Assembly (NCBI RefSeq): GCF_006345805.1
Contig: NC_043011.1
Location: 28,470,464 to 28,534,463, forward strand
Direction: 5' to 3'
Length of the DNA: 64,000 bases
DNA from: Octopus sinensis
Taxonomy: Eukaryota
Shown here: one piece after another, positions 53,801-64,000 of the stretch
How the letters are laid out: each line of letters starts with the position of its first letter
Position numbering within the stretch: the first letter of the stretch is position 1
Made by a program: the position numbers and the translations under genes
Notes under the pieces: generated by a model
Told to the model about the DNA's origin: nothing
Seen by the model: the letters and a program-made list of their open reading frames with translations, nothing else
Database searches by the model: none

Positions 53801-54483
53801 TAACATCTGATAGAAATAAATCAATCTTATCCGTTAGGATTTCTTTGTGTTATAAGTTCTACTTTTGTTTGTTTTTAATCACCGAGTTTGAAATGTGAAA
53901 AGAAGTTTGTCTCCTTTTAAGATAACCATGCGTCCAATGACCATAAAAATGCCATTGGAGATTAAAACTTAATTATAGGATTAATCTGGAATATCAATAC
54001 CAATTGCAGATATTCGATCAAGTATAACTTTTCAGGTGTTACAATCTGAAATTATTGAAAAATATCAATAACAGAAACTTTTATTTTCAAGATGAAATAT
54101 TAATTACTCCGTTGATGTGTTGTTTCGATGTAGGACGAGGTTACAAACACATAATACGAAAGTGGTGAAATTCTAGCATTAGTTGATCGATTACATGCAG
54201 AGGTCACCTTCACCACTTGAGCTGCTCGTACATTTACAGAAGAAGAAATTAAATTTCACAACATCGCGTCACGCAATAAACACCTCCATCAAGTACACCT
54301 GGTCACATAAAATCTGCCATCCACATATTTGGTTTTTGATGACGTTCTACCGCTTCTTCTCTCCACTGGTTATTGTTGCCCATAAGTTGTAGTTCGCTGG
54401 ATTAAATTCTTAAGAGTATTTAGTTAAAATTCTTTACGTCTTCAGGTCAAATCTCCACCGAAACCATCATACCAAGTAAAGTC

Positions 54484-55336
54484 AGGTATGATCAATAAGT
54501 ATACGGACTGTTGCCATAGTAACGAAGCTAAAGCGTGCAGAGTAAAGCCGTTTGGCATATATTGACCTTGAACTCTGAAATCTGCTGTGCATGCGCACTA
54601 AGATTTAACATTCTAGCTCACTTCCGCTGTTTACAGCAGTGCTTGGAAGAAACGTGTGTAGCGTGTGATCGTCGCATTGACAATGACAAAGTTGAACAGA
54701 GAATCTACATCAAATTTTGCCAAAAGCTTGGCAATACCTGCTCAAAGGCTTACGCAAAGTTTTCAAAAAATTTTCATCGTTCTTGACAAAATCAAGAAGA
54801 TCTTGTGCAAGTGAAACCCGAATGTCTTTTTCGTCAGCTGAAAGCAAGTTTGATGCAAACTTGGCAGACATGCGTCTCATATCCAAATCTTCTGTGATAA
54901 TGGACTGAACTGAACCGTACCTAATCTGCACATGCTCTGATAACTCACCGATAGGGATTCGACGACTTCCCCTCACAGATGCACGCACATCGATGTTTTT
55001 CTCAGTCCTGCTAGTTGCGGGTCTCCCAGAACGTTCGTCAATATCGACATCCTGAACTACTTGTACACTTGTGTGTGGCTCATACACTTTCTGCAACTAT
55101 GCGCAGGCCTCTGAGCAGATATCTCCATCACAACCTTATCATGGTTAATGAGATAATCACACGCTACACCTCTTCCTTCCAAGCACTGTTGTAAACAGCA
55201 GAAATGAGCTAGAACGCTAAAACTTAGTGTGCATGCACAGCAACGTTCAAGGTCAAACTTTACCTAGCTGCCTTACTCTGCGTATTTTAGCTTCGTTACT
55301 ATGGCAACACTTCGGATACTTATTGACTAGACCTCG
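54484..55336 (-). mobile_element. mariner derivative with two inverted 5' ends (~260-bp IRs)
   Basis: TCAATAAGTAT..GTTGCCATAGTAACGAAGCTAAA at both ends; internal mariner N-terminus DERSGRPATSRTEKNI...MRRMSAKF; left arm carries VEQRIYIKFCQKLG. Confidence 0.85.
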
Positions 55337-56542
55337 TATGTCGATATAATGCAATAAAGCAGTGTTTATCATCAGAGGGGAAAGAGAGAGAGAGAAACAG
55401 ACAGAGAGAGACAGACAGAGAGAGAGACAGAGAGACAGAGAGACAGACAGAGAGACAGACAGAGAGACAGACAGAGAGACAGACAGAGAGACAGACAGAC
55501 AGAGAGAGACACAGAGAGAGCGCGGAAGAGAGAGAGAGAGCATAAGAGAGAGAGAGAGAGCGTGAGAGAGAGAGAAAGATATAAGGATTGATAAAAAGTG
55601 AAGGTATACCATTTACCATGTTTAATAGAATTAATAAAATGTTTCCAGTGTTTAAAACTTGAATAGAGAATTATATGGATGCAGATTCTCTATTTTCATT
55701 TCATTATTAGAAAGTGATGGGGAGGTTTAACAAAACATTTCTCTTATATTCTGGTGGGGAGGGGAGATTAGTGTTCGTTATTTTGACAACTACTTGACTA
55801 CAGCATCGGAGATGAGGTCCTAATGTAACGGCAAGTCCAGTTATTACTCGCAATAAAACACAAAATAATAGTTTATTATTTATTCCTGGCTTGTAGTTGA
55901 GTTTGTTTCAAGAGCGCGGATAACTGGAGCCAATAGTGTAACAATTATAAAATTCTTCCACGTATGAATATGATATTTCAAGAAAGGTAATTAATTATTC
56001 GGCATCGTGGCGAATGTTAATGTTATTACAGTCTGTCCATATCAATAGTATACAGTTATCGTTTACAATATGCGCTCGTTTTAACAGTGTAGGATTCAGA
56101 GAATCTTTAGAACATCGGACTAAATGCCATGCAGTATTATTTGTTGTTCTGAGTTCAAGTCCCACCGAGTTCATCTTTGCTTTCCATTTTTTCGGAAACC
56201 GACAACATAAAGTTTCATCCAAGTACCAGTATCGATATAATCGATTTAGATATGAGACATTTGTGCCTCAGTAACCGAAATTATCAGTAAGTAAACCAGC
56301 TTCTGCTTTGGTTATTTATAGATGTCTCCGTTTGATCTCTGAGATCTATCATGTGGCTAACACCCTAGAAAATATAAATCATTGTTGCTGCTCAGATATT
56401 GAAAACCCATTTCGATATGTCAAAATTAGTTTGCGATTCCCAGCCCGAAATAGTTCAATCGTCTACATCAAAGATTTGTTTGATATTCTCCTTGGTTTTT
56501 TTTTGTTTTGTTTTTTTTTGTTTTTATATTTCGCGTACGCAG

Positions 56543-56646
56543 ATAATCGAACGGGCGTTGTACAAGTGACCGAGATGGCTGTGTACCGGATGACCTAATC
56601 AGCAGCGTACACGATGAGTAAGCTGAGCGTGTACCAGCTAACCTAT
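56543..56646 (+). other. Candidate host-gene exon (5'UTR plus start codon)
   Basis: Long poly-T tract then CAG| acceptor at 56542; ATG at 56614; donors A|GTAAGC (56617/8) or TAT|GTGAGC (56646/7, giving MSKLSVYQLTY). Confidence 0.35.
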
Positions 56647-57138
56647 GTGAGCATGTTAATGGATATCTTAGTTCAGAGCGCACTGACTATCAACGCCAGT
56701 ACTACACCAAATCACCCAACCTTCTTTGTTACTCTTTCTTTTAGTCTCTTTTACTCTTTTACTTGTTTCAGTCATTTGACTGCGGCCATGCTGGAGCACT
56801 GCCTTTAGTCGAGCACATCGACCCCAGGACTTATTCTTTGTAAACCTAGTACTTATGCAATCGGTCTCTTTTGCCGAACCGCTATGTCACGGGGACGTAA
56901 ACACACGAGCATCGGTTGTGAAGCGATGTTTGGGGAACAAACACAGACACACAAACATATACACACACATACATATATATATACATATATATACATACGA
57001 CAGGCTTCTTTCAGTTTCCATCTACCAAATCCACTCACAAGGCTTTGGTTGGCCCGAGGCTATAGTAGAAGACACTTACGCAAGGTGTCACGCAGTGGGA
57101 CTGAACCCGGAACCATGTAGTTCGTAAGCAAGCTACTT

Positions 57139-58569
57139 TATTTCAATTATTTTGCCATAAAGGCATTACATAGAGGGGACACTACAAAACATGTGGAGAC
57201 ATATAACAATTAAGAATAAAAATAAAATGATACTGTGAGTGACATGAAAATGAACGTGAGAAAATAAATTAAGTTTATGATAACATGCATGATATCTGAA
57301 AATGAAATATGACGAGTGTGCTACTCACCCCACTCTGAGCAACACCACTCGCTGCCTTTGAGTCTGAATTCTTCTCTAATCTCTGGTCTAGTCCTTCTTT
57401 TTCCACTCTCACTATCGCTTAAAGACAACATTCTTTCGCAACCTTTTTCTTTTTTTCTTGTGGGGAAAGGGAGTGGGTGGGTCTGGTGTCTGTATGGGGC
57501 GGGTGGGTCTGAGTGGTCTTGGGTGGGATGGAGTTGGACTGGGGTACCATTTCACACTCAGTGTTCTTTCTTTTCTTCCTCTTCTTACTTCTGCTCTCTG
57601 CTACTATCCATTCTTCCTCATTTCGTCCGTCTTTGTCTTCGTCCTCTTTTTTCTTCTTTGTCTCCGCAACTGGTTCATCTATTTTTTCCTCTATCTTTTT
57701 CTTCTGTAGGGGACAGTGTGCTCTAATGTGGCCTTTTTGGCCACATTTAAAGCACCGCGGGGTTCTGCCTTCTACCCATACTCTCAATACTATTTCTCCC
57801 ATTGTCACCGTTTCCGCCAAATTTTCCAGCTCCTTCGCCTCCGCTTGTATGATCATTTCCAGTAATTTTCCTTTGTAGCTTCCTTCCTCTGTCTCTGTGG
57901 CTTGGAGGACAGTCACCTCTTCACTTCCAACGAGGACGGCTGCCGCAAACCAAGCCACTTTTATGTCAGGTGGAATTCCTTCTACCCTCACCTTAGAATT
58001 CTTTCTTCCAAGATAGGAGGGTAGAAGTACTAGTTCCTCAGTTTTTACGGTTGTACTTGCCAGCCTCTTTGCCTCCTCTTCTGTTTTAAACTGGACAACC
58101 ACCGTCCCATATCCGCTTCCTTTTGCTATATATGTTACTTCCTTCGAAAGCCCCTTGAGAGCTTTTTCTACTTTTTCCATCTTCATCTGCTCCACCCTCC
58201 TACTCTCCACTGAGTGCACCTTGTAGGTAATTGTCTTCTTTTCCATATTTGCCATAACCGTTTTCGGGGGTAATAACTTCACATCACTTCCCACCTTCTG
58301 TGTCATCTTATACAGCTCCTTCAGTCCAGTTAGGTCTACTTCCTTTTTCTTTACCTCTGCCGCGTCAGCAAAACTTTTTATTTTTTCCAAATGCTGGTCC
58401 ATTCTGTTCACCGCCTTAACGAGCTCCTCCTCTGATGTGGACAGTTCGTACTCGCTAAGGTCCGAATACATTATTTTCCACTCGCCAACAAACCGCTGGC
58501 GAGCAGCTCAAAGGATTCTGTCCGCCTTGTCAAAACTCGACACAGTAAACAACTCGACGCATGCGCGTT
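57139..58569 (-). mobile_element. ORF1-only (HAL1-like) non-LTR retroelement of Tx1/L1 type
   Basis: 12-bp TSD AGCAAGCTACTT (57127-57138 and 58570-58581); ~100-nt 5'UTR, single ORF, ~280-nt 3'UTR, A-rich tail; no ORF2. Confidence 0.85.
57419..58471 (-). CDS. Gag-like ORF1 nucleic-acid-binding protein with CCHC zinc knuckle (350 aa)
   Basis: Uninterrupted ORF; CFKCGQKGHIRAHC = CX2CX4HX4C; RRM-like VVVQFKTEEEA and KVRVEGIPPDI segments; K/E-rich tail typical of Tx1/L1 ORF1. Confidence 0.85.
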   Translation of the reverse strand: MYSDLSEYELSTSEEELVKAVNRMDQHLEKIKSFADAAEVKKKEVDLTGLKELYKMTQKVGSDVKLLPPKTVMANMEKKTITYKVHSVESRRVEQMKMEKVEKALKGLSKEVTYIAKGSGYGTVVVQFKTEEEAKRLASTTVKTEELVLLPSYLGRKNSKVRVEGIPPDIKVAWFAAAVLVGSEEVTVLQATETEEGSYKGKLLEMIIQAEAKELENLAETVTMGEIVLRVWVEGRTPRCFKCGQKGHIRAHCPLQKKKIEEKIDEPVAETKKKKEDEDKDGRNEEEWIVAESRSKKRKKRKNTECEMVPQSNSIPPKTTQTHPPHTDTRPTHSLSPQEKKKKVAKECCL

Positions 58570-58968
58570 AGCAAGCTACTTACCGCATAGCCACTCCTCC
58601 GCCTGTTCCGATTAACTGAGGCGGGAGCCTACTGGAATCGAACTGTTGAAATCATGTTAGTTGTAGATAAAATGATTGTTGCTTATAGATCAATAGATCA
58701 AGTCATGACATATCATCCGCACTGAGCGCCTCGTGCTCTTCCGCCTGTATCAGCTTGCGGCAATGTATTTTGTATGGGACTTTTGCAGCACGTACGCACA
58801 CATGCGTACATACGTACAAAAATACGTATATACACACATGCACACATGCACACACGCTCACACACACACACATGTATATAAATATATATGCACATGTGAT
58901 CTCTTGAGCACCACCAGCTCATATATTTTTTCCTCTGTCTTCCCTTTTTGGGATCTTTCCTTCTCCTT

Positions 58969-59003
58969 GTTTCCGACGAAGAGCTCCGCTCGAAACGTTA
59001 AAC
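58969..59003 (+). ncRNA. Minimal type I hammerhead ribozyme, U4C core variant
   Basis: GTTT-CCGACGA-A-GAGC-TCC-GCTC-GAAA-CGT-T-AAAC within a pLTR fragment (58895-59110). Confidence 0.78.
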
Positions 59004-59239
59004 CCTCCTTCCCTTCTTTCCTGAGCGTCAATAATACTTTAATTGTTCCACGTCCTGCGTTGCTGTGTTTTTTTTTCTTTTTTTCTGTGTTTTCTTGTTT
59101 GGATTAACTTTATATATGCACATACATGCATACACACATACACACACACACACACACTTCAGCTATTGTCCAACAAAGGAGAATAATCGGCTTTCCATCG
59201 AATAAACCCTTACACAATAAAAAAGAAATGAAAGAAAAC

Positions 59240-59520
59240 CCTGGATAATGATGTGCTGAATATACATGACACGGCGGCGCTGGAGAGAATAGAGTTTCAA
59301 GGCTATACGGCGGTCCCGGTAATCGAGATCAGTCATGCCTTCAATTCGTTTAGTGAGTGCCCTTTGGGGTGATTCAATTTTGGGGATGTTTTGTTTTGTA
59401 TGGGGAGACCACAAGGGGCAGCTGTATTCGAGGTGTGGTTGTACAAAGGAGGTGAAAATTGGAATGACGGCACCTTGTTATCTGGACCGGAAGGTTCTTA
59501 AGATCCAGGAGCCCATCCAA
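59240..59520 (-). mobile_element. CR1-type LINE ORF2 fragment
   Basis: WILRTFRSR*...FVQPHLEYSCPLWSPHTKQNIPKIESPQRALTKRIEGMTDLDYRDRRIALKLYSLQRRR, the typical CR1 post-RT region. Confidence 0.85.
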
Positions 59521-59547
59521 TGCATGTATGTATATATATATATATAT

Positions 59548-59758
59548 TACTCTTTTACTCTTTTACTTATTTCAGTCATTTGACTGTGGCTATGCTGGAG
59601 CACCGCCTTTAGTCGAGCAAATCGACCCCGGGACTTATTCTTTGTAAACCCAGTACTTATTCTATTGGTCTCTTTTGCCGAACCGCTAGTTGACGGGGAC
59701 GTAAACACACCAGCATCGGTTGTCAAGCAATGCTAGGGGGACAAACACAGACACACAA

Positions 59759-59791
<33 letters not shown>

Positions 59792-59962
59792 CATATATAC
59801 GACGGGCTTCTTTCAGTTTCCGTCTACCAAATCCACTCACAAGGCATTGGTCGGCCCGGGGCTATAGCAGAAGACACTTGCCCAAGATGCCACGCAGTGG
59901 GACTGAACCCGGAACTACGTGGCTGGTTAGCAAGCTACTTGCCACACAGCCACTCCCGCGCC
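59548..59962 (-). mobile_element. SINE family 1, full length
   Basis: Matches the family from tail to A-box. Confidence 0.92.
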
Positions 59963-60431
59963 TATATATATTTATAAGTATGCATGTATGTAATAAATCG
60001 ATGCTCGTGTGTTGTGTCTACGTAACGAGCTTTGACTTTCGACAAAGGACCGATAGAATAAGCGCCAAGCTTTAAAACCGAATTAAGTTCTGGGGTCAAT
60101 TCCTTCGAAGGTGTAATCTTTATAGTGTTCCCCAGTTCCAGCAAATCTCTGACGCAAGTCGTCATTCGTCGAATCGTACAGACGATATAATGATTTCGTC
60201 TGCAACAGAAAATAGCGCAGATATATCAAATGTAAAAGGACGATAATTAAATCGAAATTTTATCTATAATATATGTGTTGCGGTATCTCTGAATGCATTG
60301 ATTCAAACGATGATGGATGGCGTGGACTACAATTAATCCAAAGCTTTGTATTTACAAGAAGAAAGCTCTTAATTATATTCATAGGTGCCGAACGAGGCTT
60401 ACGTATCATATGTATATATGATATATTTATG

Positions 60432-60470
<39 letters not shown>

Positions 60471-60471
60471 C

Positions 60472-60516
<45 letters not shown>

Positions 60517-60814
60517 GATAGAGAGAGAGAGAGAGAGAGAGATACCTGCATACATACGTATATATCTGTGTATATATATTTACCTGTATACGCATGCATA
60601 CATCTATATATTCTTATATATACATATACATATGTATATATATATATGAGTGCATGTGTGTATGTATACATATACGCACATATATTTATATACATGCATT
60701 GTGTGTATATGTACATCCCTATCTATGCATGTATGTGTGTGTAGTATTATGTGTGTATGTATACACGCATATACATATATGTGTGTGTGTGTGTGTTTGT
60801 GTGTATATATATAG

Positions 60815-60876
<62 letters not shown>

Positions 60877-61297
60877 GAATAGATATAGATATATAGATAT
60901 ATATACATATATATATACACACACGCTTATGTACGTATGCATGTATGCCTGCATGCATACATTACTGTGTGGATCATTTTCACTACTGTTATAATTGCTA
61001 ACATATATGTTGTTAACCTGCACTGGTTTGTTTTGTTGTGGTTGTTGTTGTTGGTGGTGGTGGTGGTGGTGGTGTTGGTGGTGGTGGTGGTGATGGTGGT
61101 GGTGGTGGTTGTGATGGTGGTGGTGGTGGTCGCTGCTGCTGCTGCTGGTAGTAGTAGTCGTGGTGTTTCGTGTGATATGTTTAAACGTACGGATAACTGA
61201 TCTGCCAATGAAGCGGGCAGCAGATCGTACAATGAAATCGCTGTGTACTCAGCAACTGAAGCTCATTCGTTAATTCTCATTATTATACTACGAAAAT

Positions 61298-63850
61298 GGC
61301 GGCGAGCTGGCTGAATCGTTAGCACGCCGGGCGAATTTCTTAGCAATGTTTCCGCCGAGGTCGACTTCGCCTTTCATCCTTTCGTGGTCGATAAATTCAG
61401 TACCTGTCACGCACTGGGGTCGATGTAATCGACTTAATCTCTTTGTCTGTCCTTGTTAGTCCTTTCTATGTTTAGCCCCTTGTGGGCAATAAAGAAATAA
61501 GAAACGTTAGCACACTGGGCGAAATTCTTAGCAGTATTTCGTCTGTCTTTACATTCTGAGTTCAAATTCCGCCGAGGTCGAATTTGCCTTTCATCCTTTT
61601 GTGTCTAAATTAGAAGTTAATACATTACACCGCTAGGCGGCGAGCTGACAGAAGAGTTACCACGCCGGGCAAAGTGCTTAGCGGCATTTCGTCCGTCTTT
61701 ACCTTCTGAATTGAAATTTCGCTGAGGTCGACTTTGCCTTTTATTCTTCGGGGGTTGATAAATTAAATACCAGTCAATTACTGTAGTCCATGTGATGGAC
61801 TTATCCACTCACCCAAAATTGCTGGCTTTTTGCCAAAATCTGAAACCAATATATTACATCTCAAAGTGGACAATTTTCAAAATACTTTGAGTGTGAGAGA
61901 AAAAGTCTTGCGCTATTTCTTCCAAGTTTTTACATTCTGATTTCAAACCCATCCGAGTTTTAACTTTCCCTTTCAGATTCTATAAATTAAAATACAATTC
62001 AAGTAGTGTGGGCGATTCAATTGTCCCTCCAAAATAATCGAGCTTTGGTCGAAAAGAAATAGAAATTAATATTAAGAGCGGTAGCCTGGCACTTTACATT
62101 GTGTGTTCAAATACGCCCAAGTCAAATTTTTCTGTCATTCTACAGGAGTTGATATAATGAACTACCAATAAGTAGCTTATATCGATGGTATCGACTAAGC
62201 CCATCTCCGCAAAACTGCTGGTCTTCTGCCTAACTTAGAAACCATTCATCGCGGCGGTGGGGAGGCGAGCCGGCAGAATCGTTAGCGTATCGGATAAATT
62301 GCTTAACAGCATTTTCTCCGTCTTTACGTTCTGAGTTCAAATTCCACCGTGGCCAAATTTACCTATCATCATTTCAGGCTTAACGAAATAAGTACTAGTT
62401 TATTTTATTAAATTTGCCATAAAGGCAGTACATAGAGTAAGGTAGCTTGCGGGCTGGACACGGACATTAATGAGATGAATGATAATGATACAAGGATGAT
62501 AGGGATGGGAGAAGACAAAAAGCGCCCGCCGACTTTTGCTTCTCTAAAACATTCTTTTTAAAAAACACCGAATGGGGTCTTAGCCCTCTTACCAATTTTA
62601 CAATTATTCCAATTTATGGACTAAAAAGTCCATTACAAATTAAAGCAATTTAACACACATAATGAGGCGATAAACCTGTTACACAAATGAGTCTCCATCC
62701 CCAATCAACTTTCTTGCCTCCTGCAGGCATTCCTACAACCCCTAGTTGGGGGCCCATAAACAAAATCTATACTCCTCCTTTGAGAAGGGGTCCCTTATAC
62801 AGTAGAAGTTCCTTTCTTCTAGTACCAGAGCAGCCACCTGCGGAGGCCACTTTGGAATACAAGTCGAGTCTTTCAAGTCCCGACTATTAAAGGAACTTTG
62901 TATAAAATTATCTCTAATCCCTCCCCTGAAATAGATCACATATTCTTCAACATTTCCACTGGGAGGGGGCTTTCTTCTACACACCCACCCATCCCGCTCA
63001 GGTGGCAAACGTCCCACCGAAGGGGTTTCGGGACATGCCGCCAGTGCACCAGCAACCGCCGGCAATGTCCCGTTTTTCTTCTTTCTGTTTTTTTCTTTCC
63101 CTTTTACGTACTAGAAATAAGTACTAATTGAGTTCAAAGCTCGATATAATCGTCTAACCCCTCCCGCAATATTTCAAGTCTTGTGACTATACTAGAAAGG
63201 ATTAATAACAGCGGTGGCGGGACAGAATCGGTAGAGCGCTGGGGAAATACTTCCACCTATTAGTTCTGGCTCTTCCCCTGTCCCGAAATTTTTGATAGAA
63301 TCTTATTATGCTGCGCCCAAAGGGATTGCACCCTGAGTTCAAATTCCATCAAGGTCGACTTTGCCGTTCATACATTCTGGGTCGATAAAATAAAGTAGCA
63401 GTCAAGTATTGGGGTTGATTACATCGACTTCCTCTCTCCTTAAGATTGCTGGCCTTGTGCCCAAAGCTAGAAAGAATATAATGCCCAAAGAGCCTTAAGC
63501 AAGATTCTTAGTTGTATTGCTTTCCACCGAGATCAACTTTGCCTTTCAACTTTCCAAAGATCATATAATAAAGTATCATTCAAGTACTAGAGTCGAGTAG
63601 CATCTTCCTTAAAAATTTTTTGGTCCTGTACTTGTACTGATTTCAAATTTTGGCACAATTCCAGCAGTTTCGGAGGAGGGAGTAAGTCGATTACATGGAT
63701 ACCAGTGATCAACTTATTTTATCGAGCCCCAAAGGAGGAAAGGCAAAGTTGATCTCCGTCGTATTTGAATTCAGAACGTAAGGAAGGAGGAAATACCACT
63801 TAGTAGTTTGCCCAGCGTGCTAACGATTGTGCTAGTTTGCCACCTTTGGC
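61298..63850 (+). mobile_element. Array of SINE family 2 units (about ten; last one inverted)
   Basis: Repeating GGCGAGCTGGCAGAATCGTTAGC...GAGTTCAAAT...GTCGACTTTGCCTTTCATCC...GCTGGCCTTGTGCCAAAA. Confidence 0.8.
62401..63113 (-). mobile_element. 5'-truncated relative of the ORF1-only element
   Basis: TSD GAAATAAGTACTA (62385-62397 and 63114-63126); 3' end CTCTATGTACTGCCTTTATGGCAAA nearly identical to that of the 57.1-kb element; ORF end VKGKEKNRKKKNG...CLWAPN* followed by a 3'UTR. Confidence 0.75.
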
Positions 63851-63886
63851 CTTATACCTATGTTGTTGTTGTTGTTGTTGTCGTCG

Positions 63887-63929
<43 letters not shown>

Positions 63930-64000
63930 CGTTTGTTTGTTTGTTTGTTCCTTCTCGAGCCATGCATGAAGATAAAGTGGCGATGAAGATAAAGTGGCGA

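Larger units (their letters stand above)
56745..58603 (-). mobile_element. SINE family 1 split by the ORF1-only element
   Basis: Body at 56745-57138; the head resumes at 58570-58603 (TTACCGCATAGCCACTCC). Confidence 0.9.

Noticed and set aside
61298-63850. CRISPR-like repeat-spacer pattern
   Set aside because: Units are ~190-bp diverged SINE copies in eukaryotic DNA, with no short identical repeats and no cas genes.

Overview
AT-rich eukaryotic (metazoan) intergenic/intronic DNA saturated with (TA)n, (GATA)n, (TATG)n, (CA)n and (TAA)n microsatellites and transposable-element debris. The repeat content resembles an octopus/coleoid cephalopod genome (inference). Almost all ORFs in the supplied track are microsatellite artefacts. 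The only long intact ORF is a 350-aa gag-like ORF1 (CCHC zinc knuckle) inside a 1.43-kb ORF1-only (HAL1-like) non-LTR element with a 12-bp TSD. Other content: tRNA-derived SINE families, Tx1-type, CR1/L2, R4/Dong-like and RTE-derived LINE pieces, Tc1/mariner, pogo, hAT and Helitron MITEs, and many Penelope-like element (PLE) remnants carrying minimal type I hammerhead ribozymes. Best leads: (1) a Tx1-clade LINE / ORF1-only element / SINE consortium sharing a 3' terminal motif, with two apparently independent insertions at the same site of a SINE head; (2) about ten hammerhead motifs, several with non-canonical cores (U4C, A6U, U3-A8); (3) a TSD-flanked 369-bp RTE-derived element with a highly structured, possibly HDV-ribozyme-like 5' end. 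A possible host-gene 5' end (TATA box, mini-exon, second exon) lies at 48.8-56.6 kb. All calls were made by eye; TE boundaries without TSD or TIR support are approximate.
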